Made by a program: the position numbers and the translations under genes. DNA of 64,000 bases from Eledone cirrhosa (taxonomy: Eukaryota), in contig OZ024753.1 in NCBI GenBank assembly GCA_964016885.1, forward strand, positions 2,232,001 to 2,296,000, given 5' to 3'. Below are positions 14,186-30,318 of this stretch, piece after piece. The notes beneath the pieces were generated by a model. The model worked only from the letters and a program-made list of their open reading frames with translations. It searched no databases and had not been told where the DNA came from. Within the stretch, counting starts at the first letter, position 1. Every line of letters begins with the position of its first letter.

Positions 14186-17100
14186 TACCCTTTTCCTGTA
14201 TATATTGATCACTTTTATTCTTCAGAATTTCGCAGAATATGCGTCTCCAAGGACACCTAACAAGGCAGGAACACATTTGTTGGTTTCACTTGTTAGTTTA
14301 AAGACAAAATGAATATACTGTATTGACGTTATTTTCCTGAATTTAAATTAATTGGTTTTATTTGATATATTGTTCCATGTTTGATTTGTTGATATTAGAT
14401 TTTAATTGCATACAAATGAAGGTTTTATTTTATTTTACTTTGCATTGAGACTTCCAGTTAATTGACATTTTTAGGCTGAATATATTACATCTGTGAGACC
14501 CTAACATATTTATATTTAATATACATATCCATTACTATACTACATTTCTTATATTTTCCAAAAGTTCAATTACAATGTATTTTATTGGAGTTATCTCCCG
14601 TTCTTTTAATATTGAAAAATCTGATCCTTCCTTTTTGCGAAGGTTTCTTTAAATATCATTTCATCTGTATATTTACTAAGAGACTTTAGGGGGTGATAAA
14701 AAAGATTTGTGTTGTACGTAAAGAGATGGAATGGAAATACCCACAAATATATAGGTAAATTTTAAATAAAACATAGCAGGATATAAGCATTTAGTATTCC
14801 CCCGGGAAGCCATATTGATTTTCTCTTTCAATTTCTCTCACTTTCGCAACCGCCATTTATTGCCCTCTGCTAATTGTGTCAGCTGTTTTTCAGAATGTTT
14901 AATTATTATCTACACTTAAATAGAATTCTATTGCTCCCAAAGTTAGTTTTAATTTCGCGTTATACAACGGTTGGGTTAACGTCGCTAATACAAACAGTCA
15001 GGTAATTTGGCGCCTGATAACAACTTTAATCAATTATACCTCACAGTCAAAACAAACGAGTCTATTCAAACTATAACCGTTGACGATAAAACTCTCATTT
15101 AGTGTCTAATTACGACATTAGGCTGCCACAGTATTTAAATGATTTGTCGGAAAATCTACAAATAATTTCGCCGGAGAGGAAAAGCTTCCGAAATCTGACT
15201 TTTGCAAATAAGCTTAATATAAATGTTTACGGATATCATTCCTGCTGATGATAGGAGATAAGTTGAAATTCAAGTGAGAAAATCTATTTGGAAAATGTAT
15301 AGCTGTTTGAAAGCCGAGTTTTTTCAGTACATTTATGTAGACTTTTAGTCAATGGTGGCAGGATGAAGCTATTCTAAAGTTAACAACAGCAAAGAAACCA
15401 CAGAGATGCATTTTATCATATTTCCATAATATTAATGGAAACAATTTTATGGGAGTTAGTTGGCATTAGGAAGTCTCACTTAAAACGCTTCGCTTATTTT
15501 TACTTCGTCTGCATACAGTGTAAAGAAATGCAATAGTGAGTGAAAGAGGAAAATACACACTGGAAAGAAGCAACTGGTGTTTAACTGATACTAAGTTCAA
15601 AACATGTTTATTATGATATGAACTTTAAACAAATAACGTTCGTAGAAATCATTTTGTCGAATCGATCGACAACATCCCAGACTGATTCGCCTACAGAGTG
15701 GGGTGGAACTCGTCACATCGGACTAAGGAGACAATGTTTCCATTAGTCATTCCATTACTGATACTATCTAAGCTGTTACCCAACAGTAATTGCTACCAAA
15801 ACGCTCATCAACATTGTTTACGTCATTTGATTGTTGAATTCGCTGGAGAAATAGCACAGTATAAAGAAAACGTCTTAGTTAAGGTTAATACAACTGAATC
15901 TAATCGGCGTAAACAGGCGTTTCCTATTGTGTGTATAGACCAAGTGAGCAAGAAAAGGCTGCTGTTCAGGTTATGTTCAGAGAATAATTTGAACTCCGTA
16001 ATATAGTCAAGCGTTATATTCTTTACATTTTCCAGTGATGTGGGGTCAAGTGTATTTGAGTTGGAACAGCCTATTCATAAACACAGCACAATAAGGTACA
16101 GAGGTCATAATAATAATAATAATAATAATAAACATGATACCTAAGTTATACAGGAATCCCGAAACATTGCAATGATCAATTTCTATTATTTGCAGCCGAA
16201 ACGGAAATTTACAATTAGTAAGTATTTTTTTATGTAAGGGCATATGCTTCGAAGAAAGGGTTGAGCGCTGGAAAAAAATCCCTTGTGATATTTAGTTCAA
16301 ATCAGGCTGAGGTTGATCGAATCGGCTATGTCCTCAAACGTTTGTAGCTTTATATCGATATTAAACATTAATATTTTCTAATGCAACTTTGAATAGCCTG
16401 GCAAGTAATTAAATTTACATTAACAAATCAATATCATTAAGAACAAACCTATGTAAATAATTGTATTTCACATGAGAAAATCTGAATAAATATTTGCCAG
16501 AAAATAGCTCTTGTACTTAAATATGTCTGGTTGCTTAAAATGATTTTCAAAGCTTTTTAACCGTCCTTTATTCATGAAAAATGTAGAAAATATGTTTTGT
16601 TGGGTAGAGCGAGTATTTCAATTTTAGATATTTTAAAGCAAATCTCATGTACGAAGTATATTGAAGCATGCTTTATTCCCCCTTTTATTTTAGTAACACG
16701 CTGCATTTTCTACATTATAGCAGTCGAAATGAAATACACATTAATTGTCTTGACAGATAGTTAATAAACCATCCAAATGCATATTCAAAATTAATGGTTG
16801 TGATCAACAGTTTTATTTCTTCCTCATGACATTTTTCGATGTGAATATCGTGTCCTACATTAAGCTTTATATTCTCTTTCTATTTATATGAAATTGTATT
16901 GGAGTTTACAATAAGAAATTTTAAGAAAAATATAATCAGCAACAAGTAAATATCAAAATAAAATCCATTAATGTTTTAAATTAGCCTTTAGAAACCATAA
17001 ATTGACATTATCTTAGAGAAAAAAAGAATGTTAAAATTTAAATTGTTTGACTGTTTTCTTTAAAATAACGAAACGTCATTATCAAAATAATTATTAAGCA

Positions 17101-17554
17101 TTTTACAAACAGTTTCCCTCTTTCCTTTTATCCCACTCTCTCTTTCTCATATTTTAGGAAATGTTTCTCTTAGTGCTCGTTCCAGTCTAAAAGAATTCAT
17201 ATGTAACCATTTTATGAATTTTATGAATAGGAATTCACATGTAACAATTTATAGAAAAATACAAGTCAGGAATGAAATACATGTGTTATTAATGATCCTT
17301 AAATAAATTTTGCAGCATATATTTTAATGTTTTGTATAAATCTTAGTCATTGGTTATAAAATGATGATTTGAGATTTAGAGTTGCTTGAAAGTGTAGGGT
17401 AAAATATTAAATGGCTCCTGTTTTTAACCAAAAGTTAAGCTATCAACTGCAACACCTCCTCTTTCACAACCACTGTACTCAAAAGAGAAAATAAATCCGA
17501 ATAATATACGGTGTAGATACAACCTATACGTTCTCTACGAGAGTATCCGATCCC

Positions 17555-17692
<138 letters not shown>

Positions 17693-18436
17693 GAAGCTAC
17701 GTGAGATCCTTGGTACTGTTAGGTATATTTGAAAAAAGGAAAAGAATGACTTCACTTGTATTGGTGTTCTATAGAATTGATATTCTATAACAATTTAATT
17801 TTATCATTTTACAATTTTGCTATCTAGATCTAATAAGTCCTTTGTTAACTTCGGTGGAAAGTGTTTTAAAAGTCTTAGTTAACTTTCTAGAGAGCCTTCT
17901 CGCATTCATCGGTAGCAATTGTCAAACTGATCTAAAGTTATATATTATGACGAATGCGAGAAAGATAACCAGGATTCAAAGAAAAACATTCCGCAATTTG
18001 GGAAGACAGAGGTTAAGTAGCAGCTGTCATATTACATCATTTTCCTATAGTAAAACTATTATTATCTGAAGCAACAATAACCCAATTATATAATAGGCCG
18101 TGCTCCAGCTTCTCCTTACGTATCTCAACTATAAACTCCCCCAAACTAACCACCGAGACAAAATAAGTCTTAAAACATTTAGTCTAACGGTATCATCCCG
18201 ACCCGAGGCCTGGGAAGCTTGTGTCAGAAAAACAAAACATAGCTCAAACGAGGAAAAAACAAAAGCAAACACTTATTGAAAATAAACAAAACAGTGAAAG
18301 ATGAATATTACGATATCCAAAAGCATATAAAATAAAGCAATTACTTCAGACAGACACACACACACAGACAGACACGCGAACACACACGTACACACACACT
18401 CACTCATCTCTCTCTCTCTCTCTCTCTCTCTTCTCT

Positions 18437-18468
<32 letters not shown>

Positions 18469-18593
18469 ACATACACATACGAAGGTAAATACAATTCAAT
18501 TTATTTCGAAATTACATAACTAAAATCTTTGCCGATTGAAATTGAAGTATTCTCCTATGCCTGCTAAATCCCACTCTACTAAAAAAAAAAAAA

Positions 18594-19344
18594 TAAGGTT
18601 TTTGATGATTTAAGGTTCTGTAAAATCCAATATCTTTCACTTATGCAGAGTGTGCATCTTCTTGTTCCTCTTGCATATTCTTTAGATTGGTTCAACATTG
18701 ACCAATCCAATTTTTATTGGATACTTTGGTCTTTCAAATCCCATATTCTGCTAGCCAGAGCTGTTGTGAATCTTTTTTCTGGATGTCGGAAAGATGCGAC
18801 ATGTGAGTAGGAACGCGTTTTGAATTTGTCTTGTGTCATACCCACATATCGTTCGCTGGTGGCTGGTTGGTTGTTGCTGATGTTTGTCACTTTAGCCGCA
18901 TATACAATGGCTTTGGTGTTGCATTTACCTTGTAATGGGCATTCACCTTTGACTCTACGGGAGCAATTATGATGTTCTCTGGGTGATTTCTTATTGATGA
19001 TATAAGATTTAATAGGAGGACCGCAGGAGTAGCTAATTTTGACACAGTTTCTATTGAAGATATTATAGTATCTATGTGTTCTAGGGAAATGTTTATCTAA
19101 GAGCTCTAGGAATTTTTTGCCTACATTGGTTTTAACTGCTAGAGAGTAGGGGGGTGTGAACCAGATTATTTTTCTTTTCCTATTATTATGTTTAAAAGAG
19201 TTAGTATTGTTGGGTATGTACTTAATCGGTTCGCTAAATCCGCTATTTTGAAGGGCTTTATTATAGTAGGGGGATGCCTTATTGAAAATAGCTTCTGAGG
19301 AAGAGAGGGTGGAGATCCTACGACTAATATTAGGGATAAGGTTT
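18594..19344 (-). pseudogene. Thumb/linker and GIY-YIG endonuclease part of the same element
   Basis: Manual translation gives the IVY...YVG GIY-YIG motif and Cys motifs; in-frame TAA at 18714-18716; ends at an A13 run. Confidence 0.82.
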
Positions 19345-20508
19345 TTAAAAAATTATAGGAGGATGGTAAGAGCCTTTATTTATATATTTTAAATTTTCAT
19401 TAGGTTTATGGTATGGTTTATAAGAAGCAGTAGGCAGATCTAGGTTTATATCTAGAAAATTAACATTGGAAAGGTTAGTGTCAATAGTAATTTTAAGATT
19501 AAAACTAGCGAAGGTTTTTATTAAGTCTTTCCTTAATCTATCTAAGTTATGGCCTATGGTGGTATGGGAAAGTATTAGACCATCGCCGCGATAAAGCCCC
19601 AAAATATGGTTAGGGAATTTTTCTTTACGTGTGTGTAGGAAGAATAGGCCGACTAAATTACAAACATCAGCACTGTCAAAAGAACCTATTGAGACATCGA
19701 ATGGGTTCTCTGGGTTAGATATTTTTACCCAAGTGTCATTATCAGTAAAGAGTAGAGTGTTTCTAGCATGCAAGATGACATTCTCTTCAATATCAGAAAT
19801 ATTGGTAAACTTTCTAGCGAAACTTAAGGCTTTCGCTAAAAGAGTCTGAGTGATAGACGGGTAGAAATCTACAATGTCAAATTGGGTGAATCTAGAACTA
19901 TTTTTATCTTTAATATTATTAAACCAATGTACTACGGAAGAGCTATTTATCCATTGGAGTAATTCAGACTTACTTCTAATCTGTGTGTTTATATTATTTA
20001 AAATTTTTTTGCTGGCAAGACCGATATCAGTCTTAGCAGGGTTGATTAATCTACAACTAGGACGATTAATAAAGTCAGGTTTGTGATCTTTAAGGGTGAT
20101 ATATGTATTACGTTTAGCAAGTTTTTCTGTCCTATTATCTATTTTTAAAGAACTAGCTAATTCTTTAGCTTCCTTATTTATATTATGATACGTGTTTATA
20201 TTAGCTATTTGGTATTTAGAGGTGATATTATCTATTAAGAGTTGGTCATGTAAATTATTATTAACTTCGTATAAGTTTTTAGTTTTGTCGGAAAAAATGA
20301 ACTTATTTTTAGAAGATTTAAATATTGAAATATCATTAGATAGTTTAGATTGAAAAGGGTTAGAGTACTTACGAAAATTGATATTGTTGATTAGATTAAC
20401 TAAGTCTAGTTCAAAAGCGGTCATATCTTTTACTCTTTGCGGGTATTTATGAGTTTTGATATCAAAATGTTCCGTAGAGCCCGTATTAAAGTGTCCATCG
20501 AGAATCAA
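19345..20508 (-). pseudogene. Penelope-type reverse transcriptase ORF (catalytic YRDD appears as YRGD; ends at a frameshift in a T-run)
   Basis: 387-aa ORF in the track with PLE RT motifs; the stop arises from one extra T in ATTTTTT-AAAAAC. Confidence 0.85.
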
Positions 20509-20517
20509 AGCTTTCGA

Positions 20518-20562
<45 letters not shown>

Positions 20563-20566
<4 letters not shown>

Positions 20567-20977
20567 GGAGGTGAGTTTTATTGTAGTACAATAAAGCAAT
20601 GCAGATATCGGATAAGAAGTATTCTACAGTTTGTAGGACTGGAGTATGCATAATATAAGATCAAAAGATGGTTAAAGGAGTTCCATGTATTTTATTATGC
20701 GCATTTCAAAAACAAACATCATCATGCAATAATATTTGTGTTTTCATCAGATAAAACAGGAGAACATGATATGAAGGCTAAAAAACACTTGTGGATAGTG
20801 CAGTTTTAAATCAACATGATTTAAAACTGCACTATCCACAAGTGTTTTTTAGCCTTCATATCATGTTCTCCTGTTTTATCTGATGAAAACACAAATATTA
20901 TTGCATGATGATGTTTGTTTTTGAAATGCGCATAATAAAATACATGGAACTCCTTTAACCATCTTTTGATCTTATAT

Positions 20978-20980
<3 letters not shown>
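20563..20980. mobile_element. Family F3 fold-back element: ~164-bp arms (20650-20813, 20817-20980) plus ~87-bp tail, inside (TA)n
   Basis: Arms appear to be exact reverse complements around a 3-nt loop (ACA); second copy at 37741-37895. Confidence 0.92.
20874..20940 (+). ncRNA. Type I hammerhead ribozyme with long stem II (F3); mirror copy on minus strand at 20690-20756
   Basis: TTTTAT-CTGATGA-[36-nt hairpin AAACACAAATATTATT-gcat-GATGATGTTTGTTTTT with G-U pairs]-GAAA-TGCGCA-TA-ATAAAA; palindromic stem III ATGCGCAT. Confidence 0.78.
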
Positions 20981-21010
<30 letters not shown>

Positions 21011-21137
21011 ATATGTATGTATATATATATATATATATGTATGTATATATGTATGTATATATATATATATATATGTATGTATATATGTATGTATATATAT
21101 ATATATATATGTATGTATATATATATATGTATGTATG

Positions 21138-21175
<38 letters not shown>

Positions 21176-21177
21176 TG

Positions 21178-21225
<48 letters not shown>
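20981..21225. repeat. (TA)n/(TATG)n compound microsatellite
   Basis: Directly visible. Confidence 0.95.
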
Positions 21226-21228
<3 letters not shown>

Positions 21229-21478
21229 TCGCCGATATTTTGGACAGCATACTTATTTATCAAAGTGAATGAGGAATGAAATTTAGAGCCAAGGAACTAT
21301 GAGATTACATTAAAGTCAGTTTAGTGTAGTATATGGTTTAGTCTAACTTAATAAAATCCTGCTCGAGCATATATATAAGAAGTCATATATTTTCATACCG
21401 GAATAAATTGCAGCGAACGTATAGTAGTTCCAGAAGTGCTGCACGGAACTTCAACAAGAGAGAATTCACAAAACTTGA

Positions 21479-21534
<56 letters not shown>

Positions 21535-22008
21535 GTAGCAAATATGTTATATCGAGTAAACGGAATATATATTTTCGTAAAATTCAAACTTCTCTATTTC
21601 ATGCAAGCTCGTCGCTATACATCGAGTGAATTATATAATTATTTACCAAAAATATATCATGAATGTATTTCATAGTAAAACCTCAACTATATGCAACATT
21701 TCGAGATATATATTTAAACAGGATACATAAGTTCCTACAAAAATACATTCCGCTTCTGCTGTGTTAAATAAGAGAGAATTTACAAATATCCAGACCATGT
21801 TCATGCGGAAGACAAACCAATCTTTAATATAAACAAACAACGAAACTTCGTACAACTCGAACTACTGCAATTTGTGTTGACCCGCAGTTAGAGATTCCAT
21901 CAATAAATATAGTTATAGATATGGGTATATTATTTGGATGTGAGTTGAATACAATTTCTTGTAAACATTTTCAGGAATGAAAAGTATAGCAACATATCTA
22001 TTAGTGAA

Positions 22009-22043
<35 letters not shown>

Positions 22044-22114
22044 GCACATGTGTGTGAGTGTATGTTAGTTAAATTTATAACTACTATATATATATATGTA
22101 TATATCTATGTACA

Positions 22115-22274
<160 letters not shown>

Positions 22275-22328
22275 ATATATATATATATTTTATATATATA
22301 TATATATTTTATATATATATATATATTT

Positions 22329-22455
<127 letters not shown>

Positions 22456-22599
22456 CATACATATATATATATATATATATGTATACACACACACATATAT
22501 GCATAGAGAGAGAGAAATCGATCGACTTTCGTCAAATCGGACCGTGGAAACAATATTTTCGTCGGTCTTTCCAGTTGCTAATACTATCTATCGGTCGCA

Positions 22600-22716
22600 A
22601 CTCCAGGTAGAAGGAGCAACGTGAAATAAAGTGTCTTGCTCAAGGACATAACGCTTCACTCAGTCCAGGAATCGAACTCACAGCCTCAAGATTGTGAATC
22701 CAATTATCTAACCACT
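22600..22716 (-). mobile_element. tRNA-derived SINE family B (CORE-like central domain)
   Basis: Minus strand has a B-box-like GAGTTCGATTCC followed by TGTCCTTGAGCAAGACACTTTATTTCACGTTGCTCC; related copies at 43925-44190 and 61508-61724. Confidence 0.7.
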
Positions 22717-22717
22717 C

Positions 22718-24945
<2,228 letters not shown>

Positions 24946-25018
24946 ACTCTGTATGAATATTGAGTGGTAATTTTGGCATACCGCCTATGGAAGCAACATA
25001 ACTACCATTATACACAAG

Positions 25019-25052
<34 letters not shown>

Positions 25053-25194
25053 ATTGCACACAATTTATGTATAACATATATGCAGTTAAATATATATATG
25101 TATATATATATACATATATATACTCTGTATGAATATTGAGTGGTAATTTTGGCATACCGCCTATGGAAGCAACATAACTACCATTATACACAAG

Positions 25195-25226
<32 letters not shown>

Positions 25227-25290
25227 ATTGCACACAATTTATGTATAACATATATGCAGTTAAATATATATATGTATATATATATATATA
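24946..25290. repeat. Tandem duplication of a ~177-bp unit bounded by (TA)n
   Basis: ACTCTGTATGAATATTGAGTGG...GCAGTTAAATATA occurs twice, starting ~24946 and ~25122. Confidence 0.9.
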
Positions 25291-25600
25291 TAAACAGAAA
25301 TTACGCACACAATTTATGTATAATATAGACAAAATCAGTACGATACATACACAGTTTTTATTTTTACGATGGACCGAATAAAGTACAATGGAGTATTTGG
25401 TGCGAAAACCAATAAACAATTACAAAACGAAAGCCGAGGCCATAAGAAACAGAAAAACATACGTGTCCTTTATTGAATTAAAGAAAATTGGATATATGAA
25501 TTATATTTTGTCGAGGTGATAATTATATAGAAGTAGAAACAAAGGAAGGCAAGAAATACGAAAAATCAATTACACACACACACACACGCGCGCATAGATA

Positions 25601-25641
<41 letters not shown>

Positions 25642-25804
25642 TGCCCAAGAGTTTCCGAAGAATAGACCAAGGAAACATAAGCGCTCTGTGTCATGTATAG
25701 AACCAAAATATGTTATACGAATAAATGATTAAGTGTTGAGATCTTATTCCTGTAATATATATATATTTATAAATGTATATATGTGTGTGTGTGTGTGTGA
25801 AAAT

Positions 25805-25855
25805 ATTCAGGACCCCGACGGCTGAGCTCCAGCTGTTTCGACAGCTAGATCCGAA

Positions 25856-25858
<3 letters not shown>
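25805..25858 (-). mobile_element. Family F5 short fragment
   Basis: CAGGACCCCGACGGCTGAGCTCCAGCTGTTTCGACAGCTAGATC shared with the 38.4, 46.6 and 55.6 kb copies. Confidence 0.8.
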
Positions 25859-25907
<49 letters not shown>

Positions 25908-26096
25908 GTTATACTTGGGGAGGGTCATATTTGTGTAATATTGCCAGAATTAATAACGGAACACACTCACTGTTTGAGTGTATTCTGTTATTAATTCTGG
26001 CAATATTACACAAATATGACCCTCCCCAAGTATAACAATATTTGTTTCGACACACGATTTCATATAAAAAACCTCGCAAAACTAATTCATCGCCGC

Positions 26097-26098
<2 letters not shown>
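25908..26098. mobile_element. Family F1 fold-back palindrome (25908-26036) plus tail, in (TA)n
   Basis: GTTATACTTGGGGAGGGTC...CACTCA-ctgtt-TGAGTG...GACCCTCCCCAAGTATAAC; apex differs from the 4.9 kb copy. Confidence 0.9.
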
Positions 26099-26176
<78 letters not shown>

Positions 26177-26181
26177 GTATA

Positions 26182-26222
<41 letters not shown>

Positions 26223-26237
26223 ATATATATATATATA

Positions 26238-26302
<65 letters not shown>

Positions 26303-26334
26303 ATATATGTATATATATGTGTATATATATATAC

Positions 26335-26387
<53 letters not shown>

Positions 26388-26499
26388 AGTGAGTGTGTGT
26401 GTGTATATATGTGTCACCCTGAGATAATCTTCTGCGAAACGCACATAATAGGTCGATACACAATAAAAATCTAAATACATCTAAACGAAATGATGGATG

Positions 26500-26945
26500 T
26501 GGGTGTAGAACTCGGTTTATTCAATTCAGTATTCCTGGCAATCCTTACCTATGGTCATGAATCTTGAATAATGACCGAAAGTAGAAAGTATTCGATCGCG
26601 AATACAAGAAGCCGAAATGCGCTTCCGACAAAGGTTCTTTGGAGTAACGTTACTCGATAGAGTGCGGACCTCGAAGATCAGTGAGTCGCTCCAGCTAGAG
26701 CCGCTAATTCTCCAAATTGTGAGATCATGACCATGTGGTTAGAATGTCTCAGGTATGAATCACTGTATATATTTTAAGAGTAAAATCAACCGACAAGAAA
26801 CCCAGTGATACACTCCGAACATGATGGTTGAATGAGATCCATGTACTTGGCTCAATTGGAACAATTGGAGACGGCTGCTTCTTACAGGACCCGCTGCTTG
26901 GCGTGCTTTAGTGCTCTGCCCACATGACCCTCCCAAAAAAAGAAG
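26500..26945 (+). mobile_element. Decayed RTE-clade (Expander/Rex3-like) LINE 3' fragment
   Basis: Translates in pieces to [46 protein letters not shown] and HVVRM. Confidence 0.75.
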
Positions 26946-27803
26946 GTTACGTTGAGACTGTCTATCTACATTATAAATAATTTCTCAAAGTGTCCGAGTT
27001 TTCCTTCAATCTTTATCTAGTCTTTCATGTATTTGGTTTCCTAAATATATTATCATTAAATTTGCTTGAATTGGAGCAACTTCTGTTCCATTAATGGTCC
27101 CATACATTTGTTCTAGATATCCTTGCGATTGAAGTAAAAATATTTTGCGGGGTGAATTTTAATATTTAAATGATGAATCTGATCTAAAGTCGTTCGTGTA
27201 TTTCATTAGAAAACTTTTCAAGCGGACATAATATTGAATTACTCTCCATGCTCTCAAACCTTATGCAACCTGAAGTGAGATGCATTGCTATTTTTCTTCA
27301 ATTAATTTAGAGTGTGTCAGTGTTCTGGTGGAAATGTAGTCTACAGGCTCACAACATTAAATGAAACAATAACTTGTTGGATGACTTTGGATTTCTACGT
27401 CATCCATTATGATTGTTTCACAATAAAATCCAAAAAGTTACCCAGTTTGTGTTTCACTGAATAGAGCCACTATAATCAGATTTAATGTAAGTTAATTACA
27501 GCGTGGTATAATAATAGACGCTGAACTTATATTCTCTTACAGTCATCAAGTATTACTTGGATTTTGCCAATCTGGCGAGTGCGTAGAAATGACTAGTTAT
27601 GCAGTTAAAGTGCACTAACTAATGTAACCGATTATTTCGCCGAGAAAGCCTCGCAAAGAACTGGGCAATATATACAATTTATTAGTACAAACAGGATTTT
27701 ACACGGTACAAATTTGTTAGTAAAAACAGGATTTTACACGGTACAAGCTCAAACCATAGCCTGTATATATATATATATATATACAGACACGCATGTATGT
27801 ATG

Positions 27804-27961
<158 letters not shown>

Positions 27962-28759
27962 AATGCAAAATTACTATGATAATAAACAGACAACATGGAT
28001 GTGAATTTTGAATTAATAACCGGAAAATACTGAAGAAGAATGAGACAGAGAAATTTGAAGTGGTTTCCGTTTGATCATGACCTTTACAAGTAACTTGCTA
28101 TGTATCAAACTATGTTTCTAAAACGAAATCAAAAATTATTTCGCGTGTATCTATTATTTAATTGTCATATAATGATATAAGTTTATGTGATGAAATATGT
28201 AACAAACAACATTTGGTATATTTAAAAAATATTACCGTCTAAACGTAGATAGATATATAAAGAAAATATATATAAAATATATAATTATAATTTATTACAA
28301 TTCGAAAAAAAAAGGGATTAGTATGTAATGTGACAAATATTAGAGTACATAATTCTATAAATAATTTAACATATAATGGGCTGGCATTCTGAAATAAATC
28401 GCACTTTAATGGGAACAGTCATCTGTTTGTAGCTAATGGGAGTAGAATTTGAAAAAACATTTTATACGTAAAAATAAGAAGGTTATGTATGAAACTAAAA
28501 TGGTTAAAAGTTTGAATATCTGAAATGTACATGTATATGTGTATAAATATGGATGTGCATATTTGCATGTGCGCGCTGATATATACGTTCATACATACGT
28601 ATATATATATATATATATACGAATAGTTGAGAATTTTTGTGATAAACTTAAATAACACATCTCTACATGCAAAATATGAAGAAAACGGTGAGAACCGCCT
28701 TTGGGAATTGAATATATATATAACTTAAATGATATATATATGTGTATATATACACGCAC

Positions 28760-29360
<601 letters not shown>

Positions 29361-29387
29361 TTATGTGTGTGTGTGTATATATATATG

Positions 29388-29431
<44 letters not shown>

Positions 29432-29467
29432 CCTGAGCAATGTACACAATAATTTCATTATATATAT

Positions 29468-29560
29468 AACTTTGCCTTTCATACTTACGGGGTCGATAAA
29501 ATAAAGTACCAGTAATGCTCTGAAATAATTGCTGGCCTTGTGCCAAAAGTAGAAACAATT
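29468..29560 (+). mobile_element. SINE family A 3' fragment
   Basis: AACTTTGCCTTTCAT...GGGTCGATAAAATAAAGTACCAG...GCCTTGTGCCAAAAGTAGAAACAATT. Confidence 0.8.
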
Positions 29561-30132
29561 ATATATATATGTATATATATGTATATATATATATATTTCA
29601 GTACAGGCTGTTTAGAAATAACTTTGTTCTAAGCGGAATAAAGATAAGTAAATCATGACAGTATTCATTATATGTACTAAATTGGATTTGGCATATGAGC
29701 TGTTTTAGTGCATTGGTCATTTCAATCCCAATCTGTTTAACTTTGTTTTCATAAATGTTAGAGTTGCGACATGCTGTCAGAAACGTGCATGTAACTACGT
29801 GTCTAACATACACATTCATTGATGGTCTGTATCGGAAAAGTGCAGGGACAAGAAGGTTGACGCCGCATAGTAGTTAATCTGATATTTAAATTTTCGATGA
29901 CTTTGTCATTGCCATCTGCAAGAAATTAGATTTCTATAACTTTCCTGTGCCACAGTTTGACTTAGCATAACTCTGACTTTTGAACTGAACGCAACAATTT
30001 TGTTTTCTTTTCGGTTAACCCCTTTCTCTCTATATATAGTGTACTGCTATCTTAAAACGTATCATTACATTGTAGAGGCGGGTATTCGTAAAAGAACGTC
30101 TAATATATTATTATCATTAATTGATAATAATT

Positions 30133-30318
30133 GTTTCTACTTTTGGCACAAGGCCAGCAATTACCCAGTACATTACTGGTACTTTATTTTATCGACCCCG
30201 TAAGGATGAAAGGCAAAGTTAACCTCGGCGGGATTTGAACTCAGACCATAACGGGCCCGTAACTCTTTGCTGCAAATCAAGGCGTCCGACCCTCTACCGA
30301 TACTGCCAATCCATCGCC
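30133..30318 (-). mobile_element. SINE family A, full length, with 16-bp TSD
   Basis: A-box-like TGGCAGTATCGG and B-box GAGTTCAAATCC on minus; TTAATTGATAATAATT at 30117-30132 and 30319-30334. Confidence 0.92.

Larger units (their letters stand above)
18594..20520 (-). mobile_element. Penelope-like retroelement (RT + C-terminal GIY-YIG endonuclease), Naiad-like, truncated at both ends and inactivated
   Basis: ORF 20508-19345 has KDHKPDF..CRLINPAK, FDIVDFYPSI, GSFDSADVCNLVG, GLYRGDG, VNFLDI, HPP. After a 1-nt frameshift the frame continues IIWFTPPYS..VKTNVG..KHFP..IFNRNCVKISYSC..CPLQGKC..IVYAAKV..YVGMT..FKTR..H..SF..IWDLK..CTLCISE. Confidence 0.9.

Noticed and set aside
20515-21231. CGAAAC/GTTTCG inverted hexamers bordering the TA-F3-TA block as possible TIRs
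   Set aside because: Only 6 bp and no similarity beyond; likely chance
25908-26098. Hammerhead in family F1 (GAAACAAATATTGTT on minus)
   Set aside because: No CUGANGA core at a suitable position in any of the three copies
27676-27746. 35-bp tandem duplication
   Set aside because: Two copies only; ordinary local duplication
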